From Octopus sinensis (taxonomy: Eukaryota): a stretch of 64,000 bases of DNA. This document shows, piece after piece, positions 12,887 to 25,381 of this stretch. The position numbers and the translations under genes are program-made. Location of the stretch: assembly GCF_006345805.1 (NCBI RefSeq), contig NC_043026.1:7068001-7132000 (forward strand), given 5' to 3'. The notes beneath the pieces were generated by a model. It saw only the letters and a program-made list of their open reading frames with translations. It made no database searches and was not told the origin of the DNA. The first letter of the stretch is position 1; every line of letters begins with the position of its first letter.

Positions 12887-14180
12887 CAGATACATTTATA
12901 TCTGAAAAAAAGATGGGGGTGGTCATAACTGGAACAGCTTTGATTATAACTCTGCTGGATCAGGACTGACCTAGGGCTAAACAACAAGGAAGGACGCATT
13001 AGATAATGTAGTCCTAGATACATTTATATCTGAAAAAAGATGGGGTGGTCATAACTGGAACAGCTTTGATTATAACTCTGCTGGATCAGGACTGACCTAG
13101 GGCTAAACAACAAGGAAGACGCATTAGATATGTAGTCCTAGATACATTTATATCTGAAAAAAGATGGGGTGGTCATACTGGAACAGCTTTGATTATAACT
13201 CTGCTGGATCAGGACTGACCTAGGCCAAACAACAAGGAAGGACGCATTAGATAATGTAGTCCTAGATACATTTATATCTGAAAAAAGATGGGGTGGTCAT
13301 AACTGGAACAGCTTTGATTATAACTCTGCTGGATCAGGACTGACCTAGGGCTAAACAACAAGGAAGGACGCATTAGATAATGTAGTCCTAGATACATTTA
13401 TATCTGAATAAAAGATGGGGTGGTCATAACTGGAACAGCTTTGATTATAACTCTGCTGGATCAGGACTGACCTAGGGCTAAACAACAAGGAAGGACGCAT
13501 TAGATAATGTAGTCCTAGATACATTATATCTGAAAAAAAGATGGGGTGGTCATAACTGGAACAGCTTTGATTATAACTCTGCTGGATCAGGACTGACCTA
13601 GGGCTAAACAACAAGGAAGGACGCATTAGATAATGTAGTCCTAGATACATTTATATCTGAAAAAAAGATGGGGTGGTCATAACTGGAACAGCTTTGATTA
13701 TAACTCTGCTGGATCAGGACTGACCTAGGGCTAAACAACAAGGAAGGACGCATTAGATAATGTAGTCCTAGATACATTTATATCTGAAAAAAAGATGGGG
13801 TGGTCATAACTGGAACAGCTTTGATTATAACTCTGCTGGATCAGGACTGACCTAGGGCTAAACAACAAGGAAGGACGCATTAGATAATGTAGTCCTAGAT
13901 ACATTTATATCTGAATAAAAGATGGGGTGGTCATAACTGGAACAGCTTTGATTATAACTCTGCTGGATCAGGACTGACCTAGGGCTAAACAACAAGGAAG
14001 GACGCATTAGATAATGTAGTCCTAGATACATTTATATCTGAAAAAAAGATGGGGTGGTCATAACTGGAACAGCTTTGATTATAACTCTGCTGGATCAGGA
14101 CTGACCTAGGGCTAAACAACAAGGAAGGACGCATTAGATAATGTAGTCCTAGATACATTTATATCTGAATAAAAGATGGG
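12887..14180 (+). repeat. Tandem array, ~126-bp unit, ~10 near-identical copies (family D)
   Basis: TAGATACATT recurs at 13263, 13389, 13516 etc. Confidence 0.95.
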
Positions 14181-14513
14181 ATCACAGCACAGTCACTTTC
14201 ACAATGATCGTTATGTAAATGGCAAATGAAAGATGGAAAATGAAATATATGAGAATTTATTAGTTAATTGTTTCAACACATCCAGCATCGATCCCTCTCA
14301 GGTGGGACACTCAGCAACTGGTTCAGGGGCATCCAGTAGTGCAGATATATCTCGTTGAGTGATAAATAAATACAACTCGTTAAAATAACAATTCTGCTAT
14401 GTAATTTCTCAGAAATATCTCTTAAACCAGTGTATCTTGGATAAAAAATATCCCTATAAAAGGCCTTAATATCCTTATAGTGACAATATATATAAATATA
14501 TATATATATATAA

Positions 14514-14905
14514 GTTCAGTAAAATTTAGATTCTGATGAATATGGTACTTAAGTTAAAGGCACCAGAATTTGGCATGGTATTATCCATATAAATCAAAAT
14601 GGGGTGATTATAATCAAAATAAGCAACAAGGATATCCAAGGTAGTGTAGTACAATCGTTTCATGCTACTTCATTTTATTAAACAATGTAAGTATTACATC
14701 AGTTTTAAAATGTAGAGCAATCTTCAGCCACTGATAGAATAAGTATAAAAATGAACATTGTCAATTTAATTTAAATTAGAAAATTCTATAAGTGGAAGAG
14801 TGCTCTACATTTTAAAACTGATGTAATACTTACATTGTTTAATTAAATGAAGTAGCATGAAACGATTGTACTACACTGCCTTGGATATCCTTGTTGCTTA
14901 TTTTG

Positions 14906-14911
<6 letters not shown>
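14514..14911. mobile_element. PLE-like terminal-repeat element with ~130-bp inverted duplication, inserted in (TA)n
   Basis: 14609-14740 is inverted relative to 14783-14911; single-arm homologue at 33996-34170; both flanked by (TA)n. Confidence 0.65.
14645..14731 (-). ncRNA. Putative type-I hammerhead ribozyme with long stem II insert
   Basis: Minus strand: GUGG-CUGAAGA-U-UGCU...AGCA-U-GAAAC-GAUU-GUA-CUAC; U.U mismatch at the base of stem II. Confidence 0.5.
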
Positions 14912-14946
<35 letters not shown>

Positions 14947-15576
14947 CACACACACACACACAAACATATTTCACTACAAGCTTCAATCTAAGTCATGAAA
15001 ATTATTATTAAAGAAATTCCTTCTTGGCATTCAGACATTTTACTTCCAGTTTTCGTCCCTAGGTGGTGCCACCATTCACTGCTACTGCAAGCTAGATTCG
15101 TTAATCATATCTCAATACAGTCGTACCCTGGTGTGACGTAATGACAACCCACTGGGCCACACCCTACTCAGGGTGTTAATGGCACACCAGCTGGTGTCTA
15201 TATAGTTACACTGAATACATGACAGGTGTTGTGGTTGTGGCTGTTGTTGTTTAACCCCAGGTCAGCCCCAATGCGGTAGGTCCATGATCAAAGAAACACC
15301 AGCTGTGACCAGTTCATATTTTATTCAGACCTCAGGTACCTCGGACTACGTAATCTAATGTGCCTTCCCTTGTTTTTCTTGTTTAGTTTCATGTCACCTT
15401 GATCCAGCACAATCATAATCGAACATGATCATTCTGGTTTTGCTGTTGTTGTTTAACCCTAGGTCAGTCCTGATCCAGCAGTGTTATGATTGAAAACACA
15501 CCAGCTGTGACTAGCTCTTCATTTTTCTGGCATAGTTTATCTAAGACTCAGAAATACTAAATTTCTAAATATCTCA

Positions 15577-15966
15577 TAGGCGCAGGAGTGGCTGTGTGGT
15601 AAGTAGCTTGCTAACCAACCACATGGTTCTGGGTTCAGTCCCACTGCGTGGCATCTTGGGCAAGTGTCTTCTACTATAGCCTCGGGCCGACCAAAGCCTT
15701 GTGAGTGGATTTGGTAGACGGAAACTGAAAGAAGCCCGTCGTATATATGTGTGTGTGTGTGTGTGTTTGTCCTCCTAGCATTGCTTGACAACCGATGCTG
15801 GTGTGCTTACGTCCCCGTCACTTAGCGGTTCGGCAAATGAGACCGATAGAATAAGTACTGGGCTTACAAAGAATAAGTCCCGGGGTCGATTTGCTCGACT
15901 AAAGGCAGTGCTCCAGCATGGCCGCAGTCAAATGACTGAAGCAAGTAAAAGAGTAAAAGAGTAAAG
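15577..15966 (+). mobile_element. SINE family A, full length
   Basis: A/B boxes, body, (GTAAAAGA)n tail. Confidence 0.9.
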
Positions 15967-16015
15967 AGAGATATGTACAGTGGTGGGGCAATAGAATGGT
16001 TGTATACTGTCAATC

Positions 16016-16306
16016 TAACGTGACAGTAGGGGATTACACCACTGCTGTTTAGCCCTAGGAAGCATCGACGCTTCCTGATGGCTTTGACACATTTTTTCCT
16101 GTGTCCTTATATATTTGCAAAGGGGAGACAAACACTCCCAGCAGCCAAGCCTGCATCTAGAGACACGCATGTTTCAGGATCTTTGTCCATCATCAGTCTA
16201 GAGTAGCTACTCTAGGACACAGGAAAAAAATGTGTCAAAGCCATCAGGAAGCGTCGATGCTTCCTAGGGCTAAACAGCAGTGGTGTAATCCCCTACTGTC
16301 ATGTTA
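16016..16306. mobile_element. Foldback element with ~87-bp near-perfect inverted arms
   Basis: 16021-16107 vs 16214-16301 are reverse complements except one homopolymer indel. Confidence 0.75.
16156..16202 (-). ncRNA. Putative minimal type-I hammerhead ribozyme
   Basis: Minus strand: UCUAGA-CUGAUGA-U-GGA-CAAAGA-UCC-U-GAAAC-AUGCGU-GUC-UCUAGA; 6-bp stem I, GUC cleavage triplet. Confidence 0.65.
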
Positions 16307-16420
16307 TATATCAGCCGAAGCGTTGTGTTAACAACAAACAAGATGAGGACAAATATCTGTCAAATATAAATAATGTAAATAATGTACATAATTCCTTGTC
16401 TCTAAATATAGAACTGTATT
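16307..16420 (+). mobile_element. 3' fragment of the hammerhead-bearing family seen at 30.5-30.9 kb
   Basis: CAGCCGAAGCGTTGTGTTAACAACAAACAAGATGAGGACAAATATC matches 30823-30890; ribozyme 5' half absent and GAAA changed to GAAG. Confidence 0.75.
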
Positions 16421-16430
16421 ATCTTGAAAA

Positions 16431-16685
16431 GTGGAGGAGCGTGGTCTAGTGGTTAGGGTGTCAGCACCATGATTGTAAGATTGTGGTTTCGATTCCTGGA
16501 CCGGGCGACACATTGTGTTCTTGAGCAAAACACTTCATTTCACGTTGCTCCAGTCCACTCAGCTAGCAAAAATGAGTAACGCTGCGATGGACCGGCATCC
16601 CATCCAGCTGGGGAACACATACGCCATAGAAACTGGGAAACTGGGCTTATGAGCCTGGCTAGGCTTTAAAAGGGCGCAGTTATTT
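16431..16685 (+). mobile_element. tRNA-headed SINE (family E-like)
   Basis: TGGTCTAGTGGTTAG (A box), GTTTCGATTCC (B box), TTCTTGAGCAAAACACTT core; relic homologue at 20925-21085. Confidence 0.75.
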
Positions 16686-16699
16686 ATTTTTATTATCTT

Positions 16700-16990
16700 G
16701 ATAATTGGCTGTCCGTCATAGGTTGGTGTTGACCATTCCTGTTCTGAAATCATCTCCGGCATGCTCGCATGTGGCCCACGAGGTCTGTCCTTGACCTGTA
16801 GCCATGATGACATCTGTGGTAAACGAAGCTACTTGATACAAGAGGGAAGTGACACTTCCCTTGTGCTTTTCACATTCTCTCTGTTCTTTCTCCTCAATGG
16901 CTGGAATTATGAGCTTCTGCGATCGGTGCCATTCATCACACCATTGGGCTTTCTTGCCCCAGGTGTCACAGAACCTACTGGAACATAACC
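16700..16990 (-). pseudogene. RTE-clade LINE ORF2 C-terminal remnant
   Basis: Minus strand encodes RCHHGYRSRTDLVGHMRACRR*, like the C-terminal zinc-finger motif of RTE ORF2; frameshifted upstream. Confidence 0.5.
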
Positions 16991-17017
16991 GACCTGCTGC
17001 TAAATTGAGACAGAGAT

Positions 17018-17815
17018 AGGCACATTAGATAATGTAGTCCTAGATACATTATGTCTGAATAAAGGAAGGGATGGCCACAGCTGGAACATCTTTGATCATA
17101 GGTCTACTGGATCAGGGCTGACCAGGGCTAAATAACAAGGGAGGACACATTAGATAATGTAGTCCAAGGTACATTTATGTCTGAATAAAAGATGGGATGG
17201 TCATAGCTGGAACATCTTTGATCATAGGTCTATGTGGATCAGAGCTGACCTGGGCTAAATAACAAGGAAGGACACATTAGATAATGTAGTCCAAGGTACA
17301 TTTATGTCTGAATAAAAGATGGGATGGTCATAGCTGGAACATCTGTGATCATAGGTCTATGTGGATCAGGGCTGACTGGGGCTAAATAACAAGGAAGGAC
17401 ACATTAGATAATGTACTCCTAGGTACATTTATATCTGAATAAAAGATGGCATGGTCATGGCTGGAACAATTTTGATCTTAGGTCTACCAGGTCAGGACCA
17501 GCCTAGGGCTATACAACAACAAAAACAACAACAACAAGGAAGCACATTAAATAATGTAGTCCTAGATACACATATGTCTGAATAAGAGATGGGATGGTCA
17601 TGGCCGGAACACATTTAATTATTGGTTTACTAGAATAAAGCTGATTTGGAGCTAAGCAAAAACTACAAGGAAGGACACATTAGACAATGTAGTCCAAGAT
17701 AGACTGTGACCAATAAAAGATGAGATGGTCAGTGCTAGAGTATTTTTAATCATAGATCTGCTGTGTCAGAGCTGGGGTTATACAACAACAACAACAACAA
17801 CAACAGCAGCAACAA
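17018..17815 (+). repeat. Diverged tandem array of the ~126-bp module (~6 copies) ending in (AAC)n
   Basis: Recurring CACATTAGATAATGTAGTCC. Confidence 0.85.
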
Positions 17816-17816
17816 C

Positions 17817-18207
17817 AGGAGGTGCAATGGCCCAGTGGTTAGGGCAGCGAACTCGCAGTCGGAGGATCATGGTTTCAATTCCCTGACCGGGCGTTGTGTG
17901 TGTTTATTGAGCGAAAACACCTAAAGCTCTACAAGGCTCCAGTAGGAGGTTGTGGTGACCCCTGTTGTACTCTTTCGCCCCCAAATTTCTCTCACTCTTT
18001 CTTCCTGTTTCTTGTCCCCAACTTCCTACGCAACCGCTGAGCCTGGATGCGCATTCATCCATCCGTCGATGCTCTCGGTGTCAGGGGTTGATCTGCTTTC
18101 TCTTCTGCGGGTTTTACGAATAGCAAAGGACCAGGTTTCGGACTTCTCCCACTACAGACGGGACGAAGACCGCTTCGCTCAACAAACAAACAAACAACAA
18201 CAACAAT
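17817..18207 (+). mobile_element. tRNA-headed SINE (family E)
   Basis: TGGCCCAGTGGTTAG, GTTTCAATTCC, (AAC)n-like tail. Confidence 0.7.
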
Positions 18208-18494
18208 AATGATGATGATTAATTAATTAATTGTTAATTTTCCCAGTCCATCCTCTTTGAAAATTACCCCCATATTTCATACTCGAATTCTCTTAGCAGA
18301 TTAGTTTCGCCGATATTGAGCTAGAATTACAAAAATGCAAACGAGGAAGCCATAATTATATCAATTTACGTTTTTACTAATTTCCATATAATTCAGACCC
18401 CATCAACAACATCCATACATATACGCAATCGGAGAAATGAGAAAAGTCTCTAGTTGCTTAAATAGAAAACCCTCTTTTTTTTTAAAGCTTTCCA

Positions 18495-18893
18495 TCATCA
18501 TCATCATTGTTTAACATCCGCTTTCCATGCTAGCATGGGTTGGACGATTTTGACTGAGGGCTGGCGAACCAGATGGCTGCACCAGGCTCCAATCTTGATC
18601 TGGCAGAATTTCTAAAGCTGGATGCCCTTCCTAACGCCATTCACTCCAAGAGTGCCACATAAAAGTGTTCACGTGGTGCCAAGTAAAATATGTCCATGTG
18701 GTGCCACATAAATAGTGCTTATGTGACACCATGTAAAAGTGCCACATGCAGTGCCACATTAAAGCACCCATGTGATGGCATTAGGAAGGGCATCCAGCCA
18801 TAGAAACCATGCCAGAACAGAGCGGAGTCTGGTGCAGCCATCCAACCCATGCCAGCATGGACAACGGACATTAAATGATGATGATGATGATCT

Positions 18894-18938
<45 letters not shown>

Positions 18939-18949
18939 CGATGATGATG

Positions 18950-18980
<31 letters not shown>

Positions 18981-19137
18981 TGTTGATGATGATGATGATG
19001 ATGATGATGATGACGACGACGACGATGATGATGATGGTGATGTTGATGATGATGATGATGACGATGACGATGATGATGATGACGACGATGACGATGCTGA
19101 TAATGACGATGATGATGATGATGAGGAGGAGGAGGAT
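18495..19137. mobile_element. Two family C fragments (inverted) with greatly expanded (GAT)n tail
   Basis: 18495-18650 minus, 18770-18873 plus, (GAT/GAC)n 18874-19137. Confidence 0.75.
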
Positions 19138-19652
19138 ATTTTTATCTAGTAAATTATGTCAGGAGGCCTTGGTCTGCCTGGGTGTTATGAAAGAAGACAT
19201 TTGCCCAATGTGCCACCAAGTGGGATTGAACCTGGAACTACATCCATGTCGTTGAGAATTGAACTCATTAAAAATACAACCATTCTTTTACCCCACCGCA
19301 CACATGCATTCACATACACACATAAGCACACATACTCACAGATGTGTGTGCGTGTGTGTGTGTGTATGTTGAGTGCAGAAATGTGGGAAAACCTTTGGTT
19401 GGTGTCTGGGCATGCATTAAAACCACCAGGTGTGAGGGACCCCATCTTTCTATGAGATGGGACCCCCTTTTAGTAAGTGTGGTCACTAATTTATTGTATG
19501 AAAGTGTTTGTGGAAAAGTCTGGTAAACGAGGTTTTACAGCAAAAGGCAATTTTTAAGCAAATAATTTAATTTATTAAATCATCATAAGAGCTAACAAGT
19601 AATAAGAGTGTAGCCTTTGTGTGCATGAGTCAGGGAAAGCATTAACACTTAC

Positions 19653-20040
19653 GTTTGCTTACCAACCACATGGTTCCGGGTTCAGTCCCACTGTGTGGCA
19701 CCTCAAGCAAGTGTCTTCTGCTATAGCCCCAGGCCGACCAATGCCTTGTGAGTGGATTTGGTAGACAGAAACTGAAAGAAGCCTGTCGTATATATGTATA
19801 TATATATGTATGTGTGTGTGTGTTTGTGTGTCTGTGTTTGTCCCCCTAGCATTGCTTGACAACTGATGCTGGTGTGTTTACGTCCCCGTCACTTAGCAGT
19901 TCGGCAAAAAGAGACCGATAGAATAAGTACTGGGCTTACAAAAGAATAAGTCCCGGGGTCGATTTGCTTGACTAAAGGCGGTGCTCCAGCATGGCCGCAG
20001 TCAAATGACTGAAACAAGTAAAAGAGTAAAAGAGTAGAGT
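19653..20040 (+). mobile_element. SINE family A, 5'-truncated
   Basis: Matches the 15577 copy from the B-box region onward. Confidence 0.85.
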
Positions 20041-20237
20041 TGGAAGTCATTATAAGCTGAAAGAAACTGAGCTAGCTTAGACGAAAATATATTGTTCATT
20101 ATATGGCAGAGTTATGGATGATGTTATCCAGAATTTTGTGGAGCAAAGTGGACATAAATGAAATAGGCTGTTCATGATGTAGCAAGCTGAGAGTGACTAA
20201 AAATTCAGAGCTAGTGGCATGATGTTGGTGTGAAAAG

Positions 20238-20652
20238 TAAGGAGCTGGCAGAAACGTTAGCATGCTGGTCGAAATGCTTAGCGGTATTTCGTCTGCTGTT
20301 ACGTTCTGAGTTCAAATTCCACCGAGGTCGACTTTGCTTGTCATCCTTTCGGGGTCGATACATTAAAGTACCAGTTATGCACTGGGGTCGATGTAATCGA
20401 CTTAATACCTATGTCTGTCCTTGTTTGTCCCCTCTATGTTTAGCCCTTTGTGGGTAATAAAGAAATAGGTATTTCGTCTGCTGTTACGTTCTGAGTTCAA
20501 ATTCCATCGAGGTCGACTTTGCCTTTCATCCTTTCGGGGTCAATAAATTAAGTACCAGTTATGCACTGGGGTCGATGTAATCGACTTAATCTGTTTGTCT
20601 GTCCTTGTATGTCCCCCTCTGTGTTTAGCCCCTTGTGGGTAGTAAAGAAAGA
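20238..20652 (+). mobile_element. SINE family B partial tandem dimer
   Basis: Second unit restarts at the internal GGTATTTCGTCTG at about 20468. Confidence 0.85.
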
Positions 20653-21199
20653 GGTACACCGTCTTTCCACTAACTGGTCAGAATGCGCACTTCACTTCAT
20701 GGGCAGAGAACTACCTCTAGTATTCATATGCACCCAGCCCTGATCGGCTGGAGAATGCCATAGCTCACCTGTGCTATGACACGACAACTAAAATAGCTTT
20801 CCTGACATGCTACACTCTGATGCAATATCTGCAGTCTCCCCTGATTATTGGTCATCTTGTTTTGCCCTGTCGCTAGACACTAATTATGGAGACTCAGAGA
20901 GTGGTACTGTGGAGGTACTTGGAATAGTGGTTAGGGGTGTTGGACCCTGGATCGGGCAATGCATTGTGTTCTTGAGCAAACCATTTCATTTCAAGTACCT
21001 CCAGTCCACTCAGACCAGTGTCCTGTCCAGGTTGGAAATTTATATGAATTGGAAACTGGGAAACCGGGTCTTATGAGTCAGTCAACTCAAGAAATAGTGG
21101 TACTTTTACTGCACAAGTGTTTGTAACTATGATCTAATGATGAACAGATGTCATTGCGGTGACCTCATTTGTCGGTTCATCTACTGAATGTCCTGTAGC

Positions 21200-21761
21200 A
21201 GTATTTTATTATGATAATTGTCGGGAGTTGGCAGTTACCAATTGTACAAGGTGTTGCCGCTGGAGATGTGCAAGATTAAAGAAGAACAAGAATCAAGGTT
21301 GTAAACAAATATTTATTACCCTTACCTTACGTTGTATACAACCAAACCACAACAGGCAGGTATGTATAATTTGTAAAGCATGGAAGGTAAAGAGAGGTAT
21401 TGTAGATTTTTCCTTGTACAGGTGTAGATTTTGTTGGGGGTGGGGTCGACCTGTTATCTCAATTCTAACTTTTCATGGCCTGGAAGAGGTCAGGAGGGTC
21501 AAGTGGCAAAAATGGGGGGGGGGGCTTGGGAAAGCCATCTGGTAAATGTAACTGCTGTCACTATTGTTTTTCTGTGAGAAAAGTGTTGTTGCAAAGTTAA
21601 AGGAAATTGGCAGATTCAGGTTCGAATCTGCTCTAAGTCTAAATGAAGTCCTTACAGTTTTATGTCGATAGGAGAGTGGTAACATGTGCAGACTTAAGCT
21701 GTTGGAAGCGCACTGGAAGGTAACACTTTCATCTTTCACTTATACTTCGAACCCTGCAAAC
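21200..21761 (-). other. Candidate terminal exon / 3' UTR of a minus-strand host gene
   Basis: Acceptor-like CCTATTACAG|GTTTG, short coding stretch then stop, non-repetitive sequence, AATAAA on minus at 21312-21317 and 21205-21210. Confidence 0.25.
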
Positions 21762-22569
21762 CTGTAATAGGATTAAATAGTCATCTGAGAGGTCATGGAT
21801 GGAAAATCAGAAATGCCACTGACAGTGAGGAAGTACCAGGTGAAAGAACTCATTTGAGAAATTGGAGCAATCACCATGTATACCTGAATACATAGATTGG
21901 AGGCATAAACTGGTAAATGCCTGGAGTCAGGTAAGATTGTGCCTTATATATTTAAGCATTGACCGTGACCCCAGTACCAATGCTATCCCATGCATTTGGT
22001 CTCCCAGTGGGGCATTTGTCAAATTTGAAAGCTGGACATTTGGGCCACTGGCAGAAGCATTCTTTTGCCTGGTAGAATGTGAGGGGTGACTGTCGGATGT
22101 ATAGGGTATTCGTGAGGGATATGGTGAGCTCATTGCTTGGAGCTGGCTCAACCCCACCCCAGGTGAATGCTGTCACAAGTACAAGTGTACATCATTGCTG
22201 GTGCCACATAAAGAGCACCCAGTCCACTCTGTGAAGTGGTTGGCATTAGGAAGGGCATCCAGCCATAGAAACCCAAGCCAAAGCAGATACTAGAATTTGG
22301 CGCAGCTCTTTGGCTTGTCTGTTCATGTTGAACCGGCCAAATCATGCCGACATGCAAAAAAAAAATGTTAGATGATGATGATGATGATGTTTTATACATG
22401 TGTGTGTGTGTGTGTGTGAATAAATATTGTGCTTATCAAAATATTTGTAGATACTGTCTCTAAGAGATAAAGCCTTTTGAAAAGCATTTATTTTCTTAAT
22501 GCCTGACTGCTGACCCTCGGCATGTAATTATAACACCTGTCTAGGGCCTGTGTGCACAGGTGTGTATCT

Positions 22570-23631
22570 GTGTGTGTGTATGTGTATGTGTGCATGTATG
22601 CATGTATGTACTTATGTAAATATGTATGTACATATAAATATATGTATGAATGTACGTGTGTGTGTGTGTGTGTGCATGTGTGTGTCTGTATGTATGTATG
22701 AAGTATGAATGAATGTATGTGTGTGTGTATGTATTTATGTATGTATGTATGTAGGTATGTATGTATGTATGCTCGTATGTATGTATATATGAATATGTGT
22801 GTGTGTGTGTCTGTATGTATCTATGTATTTATGTATCAATGTATATATGAATGTATGTGTCTGTATGTATGCATGCGTGCGTATGTATGTATGAATGTAT
22901 GTATGTATGCCTGAATGTATGCATGTATGTATGTATGTATGTATGTATGTATGTACGTATGTATGTATGTATGTATGTATGTATGTACGTATGTATGTAT
23001 GTATGTATGTATGTATGTGTGTGTGTATGAATGTATGTATGTATGTATGTATGTATGTGTGTGTGTATGTATGTATGTATGTATGTATGTATGTATGCAT
23101 GCATGCATGTATGTATGTATGTATGAATGTATGTATGTATGTATGTATGTATGTATGTATGTATGTATGTATGTATGCATGCATGCATGCATGTATGTAT
23201 GTATGAATGTATGTATGAATGTATGTGTGTATGCCTGAATGTATGTATGTATGTATGTATGTATGTATGTATGTATGTATGTATGTATGTATGAATGTAT
23301 GTATGTATGTATGTATGTATGTATGAATGTATGTATGTATGTATGTATGTATGTATGTGTGTGTGTGTGTGTGTTTCCAAGTGTAAATTGGTATGTTTTC
23401 GAATGTATTCTATCCGTTGTGACTAATTCAAGATGAAAGGTTTTCTCGTATGCATGTGTGTGTGTGTGTTTGTATTTATAACGATAATTTATCGGTTATA
23501 ATAAGACATCATACATATATGTTTGAATACATACATACATTTATATACATATATACATACATTCATACATACATACATACATACATACATACATACAAAC
23601 ATACAAACATACATACATACATACATGTATG

Positions 23632-23663
<32 letters not shown>

Positions 23664-23830
23664 CATACATACAAACATACATACATACATGTATGCATAT
23701 ATACATACATGCATGCATACATACATACATACATTTGTGGTGCACCTGAGCACTGTATACAATAATTTCATTATTATCATTATTATACATACATACAAAC
23801 ACACATACCTATATACATACATACAGACAG
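22570..23830. repeat. (ATGT)n tract followed by inverted (ACAT)n tract
   Basis: Direct inspection. Confidence 0.9.
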
Positions 23831-23969
23831 ACATATACACACACACGTATATATATATATATATATATACATACAGAGAGAGAGGTAAGAGAAAGAGGCA
23901 ATGAGAGCGAAACATAAAGTTGTGTGTGTGTGTGTGTGGTGTGTGCAAACACGAATCCACACACACACG

Positions 23970-24070
23970 CACACCAATGATCAAATGAAGGCGGTGTTGG
24001 TTATTAGCCAATCAGAAGACAGCAACATCTGGTTGCCCTTAGCAACAGGACTGACGCCACGTCGTCGCAC
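23970..24070. promoter_or_regulatory. Candidate cis-regulatory module: two CCAAT boxes, RFX X-box, CRE-like site
   Basis: CCAAT 23974, AGCCAATCAG 24006-24015, GTTGCCCTTAGCAAC 24032-24046, TGACGCCA 24052-24059. Confidence 0.45.
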
Positions 24071-24629
24071 ACCCAAGGAAAGACAACTCGACCGCATTTG
24101 TTATCGATTTGTTGTTGTTTCACGCGAGGTCAAACCCTTGTCCTGCACATCCATGATTAAAAGCATTCCAACCGTGACCACCACGCGTCATGTTCCTATG
24201 TGTAAGGAAGCTAGGGTCGCATTATGCTCTTACAAAATGACGTTTTCTAAGAGTGTAAGGTGCGATTTGAGGGAGATTTGGTTGTTATTTTTAGCAGGTT
24301 GTACGACGAGGAAAAGAGACCCCCACGGCGTTGTGATTATTTTCGTTGTTGAGGACAGGTGCGCGCATTTGCGGGAGAGAGAGAGAGAGAGAGAGGGAGA
24401 GATTATACACACTCACTCATGTACATGCATACACACACACACATATATTTATATACACACACATACATACATATGTACATACATACACATAAATATTATA
24501 CATGTACATAAGCGTGTGTATGTGTATGTATATAAAGAAGTATATAGGGAGAGAGGGGGGAATTTGAATGATTAAATATGAATGTGCAGAATGTGTGTGT
24601 GTGTGTACGTATATATATGTGTGTGTATG

Positions 24630-24674
<45 letters not shown>

Positions 24675-24860
24675 GAGAGAGAGAAGAAGAAGAAGAAGAA
24701 GGCAAATACAGAGAATGTATATAAAGAGAGAGAGAGAGAGAAGTGGGGGGTACAGAGGTGATTTGATGTCCATGCTTGTTGGCTTGCTTCTCAGGAACGT
24801 GTGGTCACATTATCACCTGTCGTCCACTCAACGGTAAATTCTTCTTTTATATATAATATA

Positions 24861-24901
<41 letters not shown>

Positions 24902-24915
24902 TATATATATATATG

Positions 24916-24949
<34 letters not shown>

Positions 24950-25307
24950 TGTATGTATGCATGAAGCAACGATGACCCGGTTCAATGTGGGCGCTGGATC
25001 TTGTAGAAACAACAGCTAAAACCTCCCTCAAATCGCACCTCATTTTGGTCAGAGAGGGAGCAAGTGACACGTTGTGACAGCGAAACATACACATACGCAC
25101 ATATACACATATATCTATAAACATATATACAAACACACATATATATATATATACACCTTTCTTTCTCCCTCATACACACACACACACATATATACATACA
25201 TACATACATACATACATACAGACAGACACACTTATATGCACATACATGCATATATATATATATAGAGAGAGAGAGATAGACAGACAGACAGATAGATAGA
25301 TAGAAAA

Positions 25308-25381
<74 letters not shown>

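Noticed and set aside
12887-14180. Retrozyme-type ribozyme inside the 126-bp tandem unit
   Set aside because: No CUGANGA/GAAA core found on either strand by eye
14532-14570. CTGATGA as another hammerhead
   Set aside because: No properly placed GAAA or stems; the homologue at 34.15 kb reads CAGATGA
16431-16510. tRNA genes (also 385-457, 17817-17890, 30623-30668)
   Set aside because: A/B boxes are present but there is no complete cloverleaf, and they continue into repeat bodies; these are SINE heads
18772-19255. Poly-Asp / poly-Met ORFs
   Set aside because: Translation of the expanded (GAT)n tail of a family C repeat
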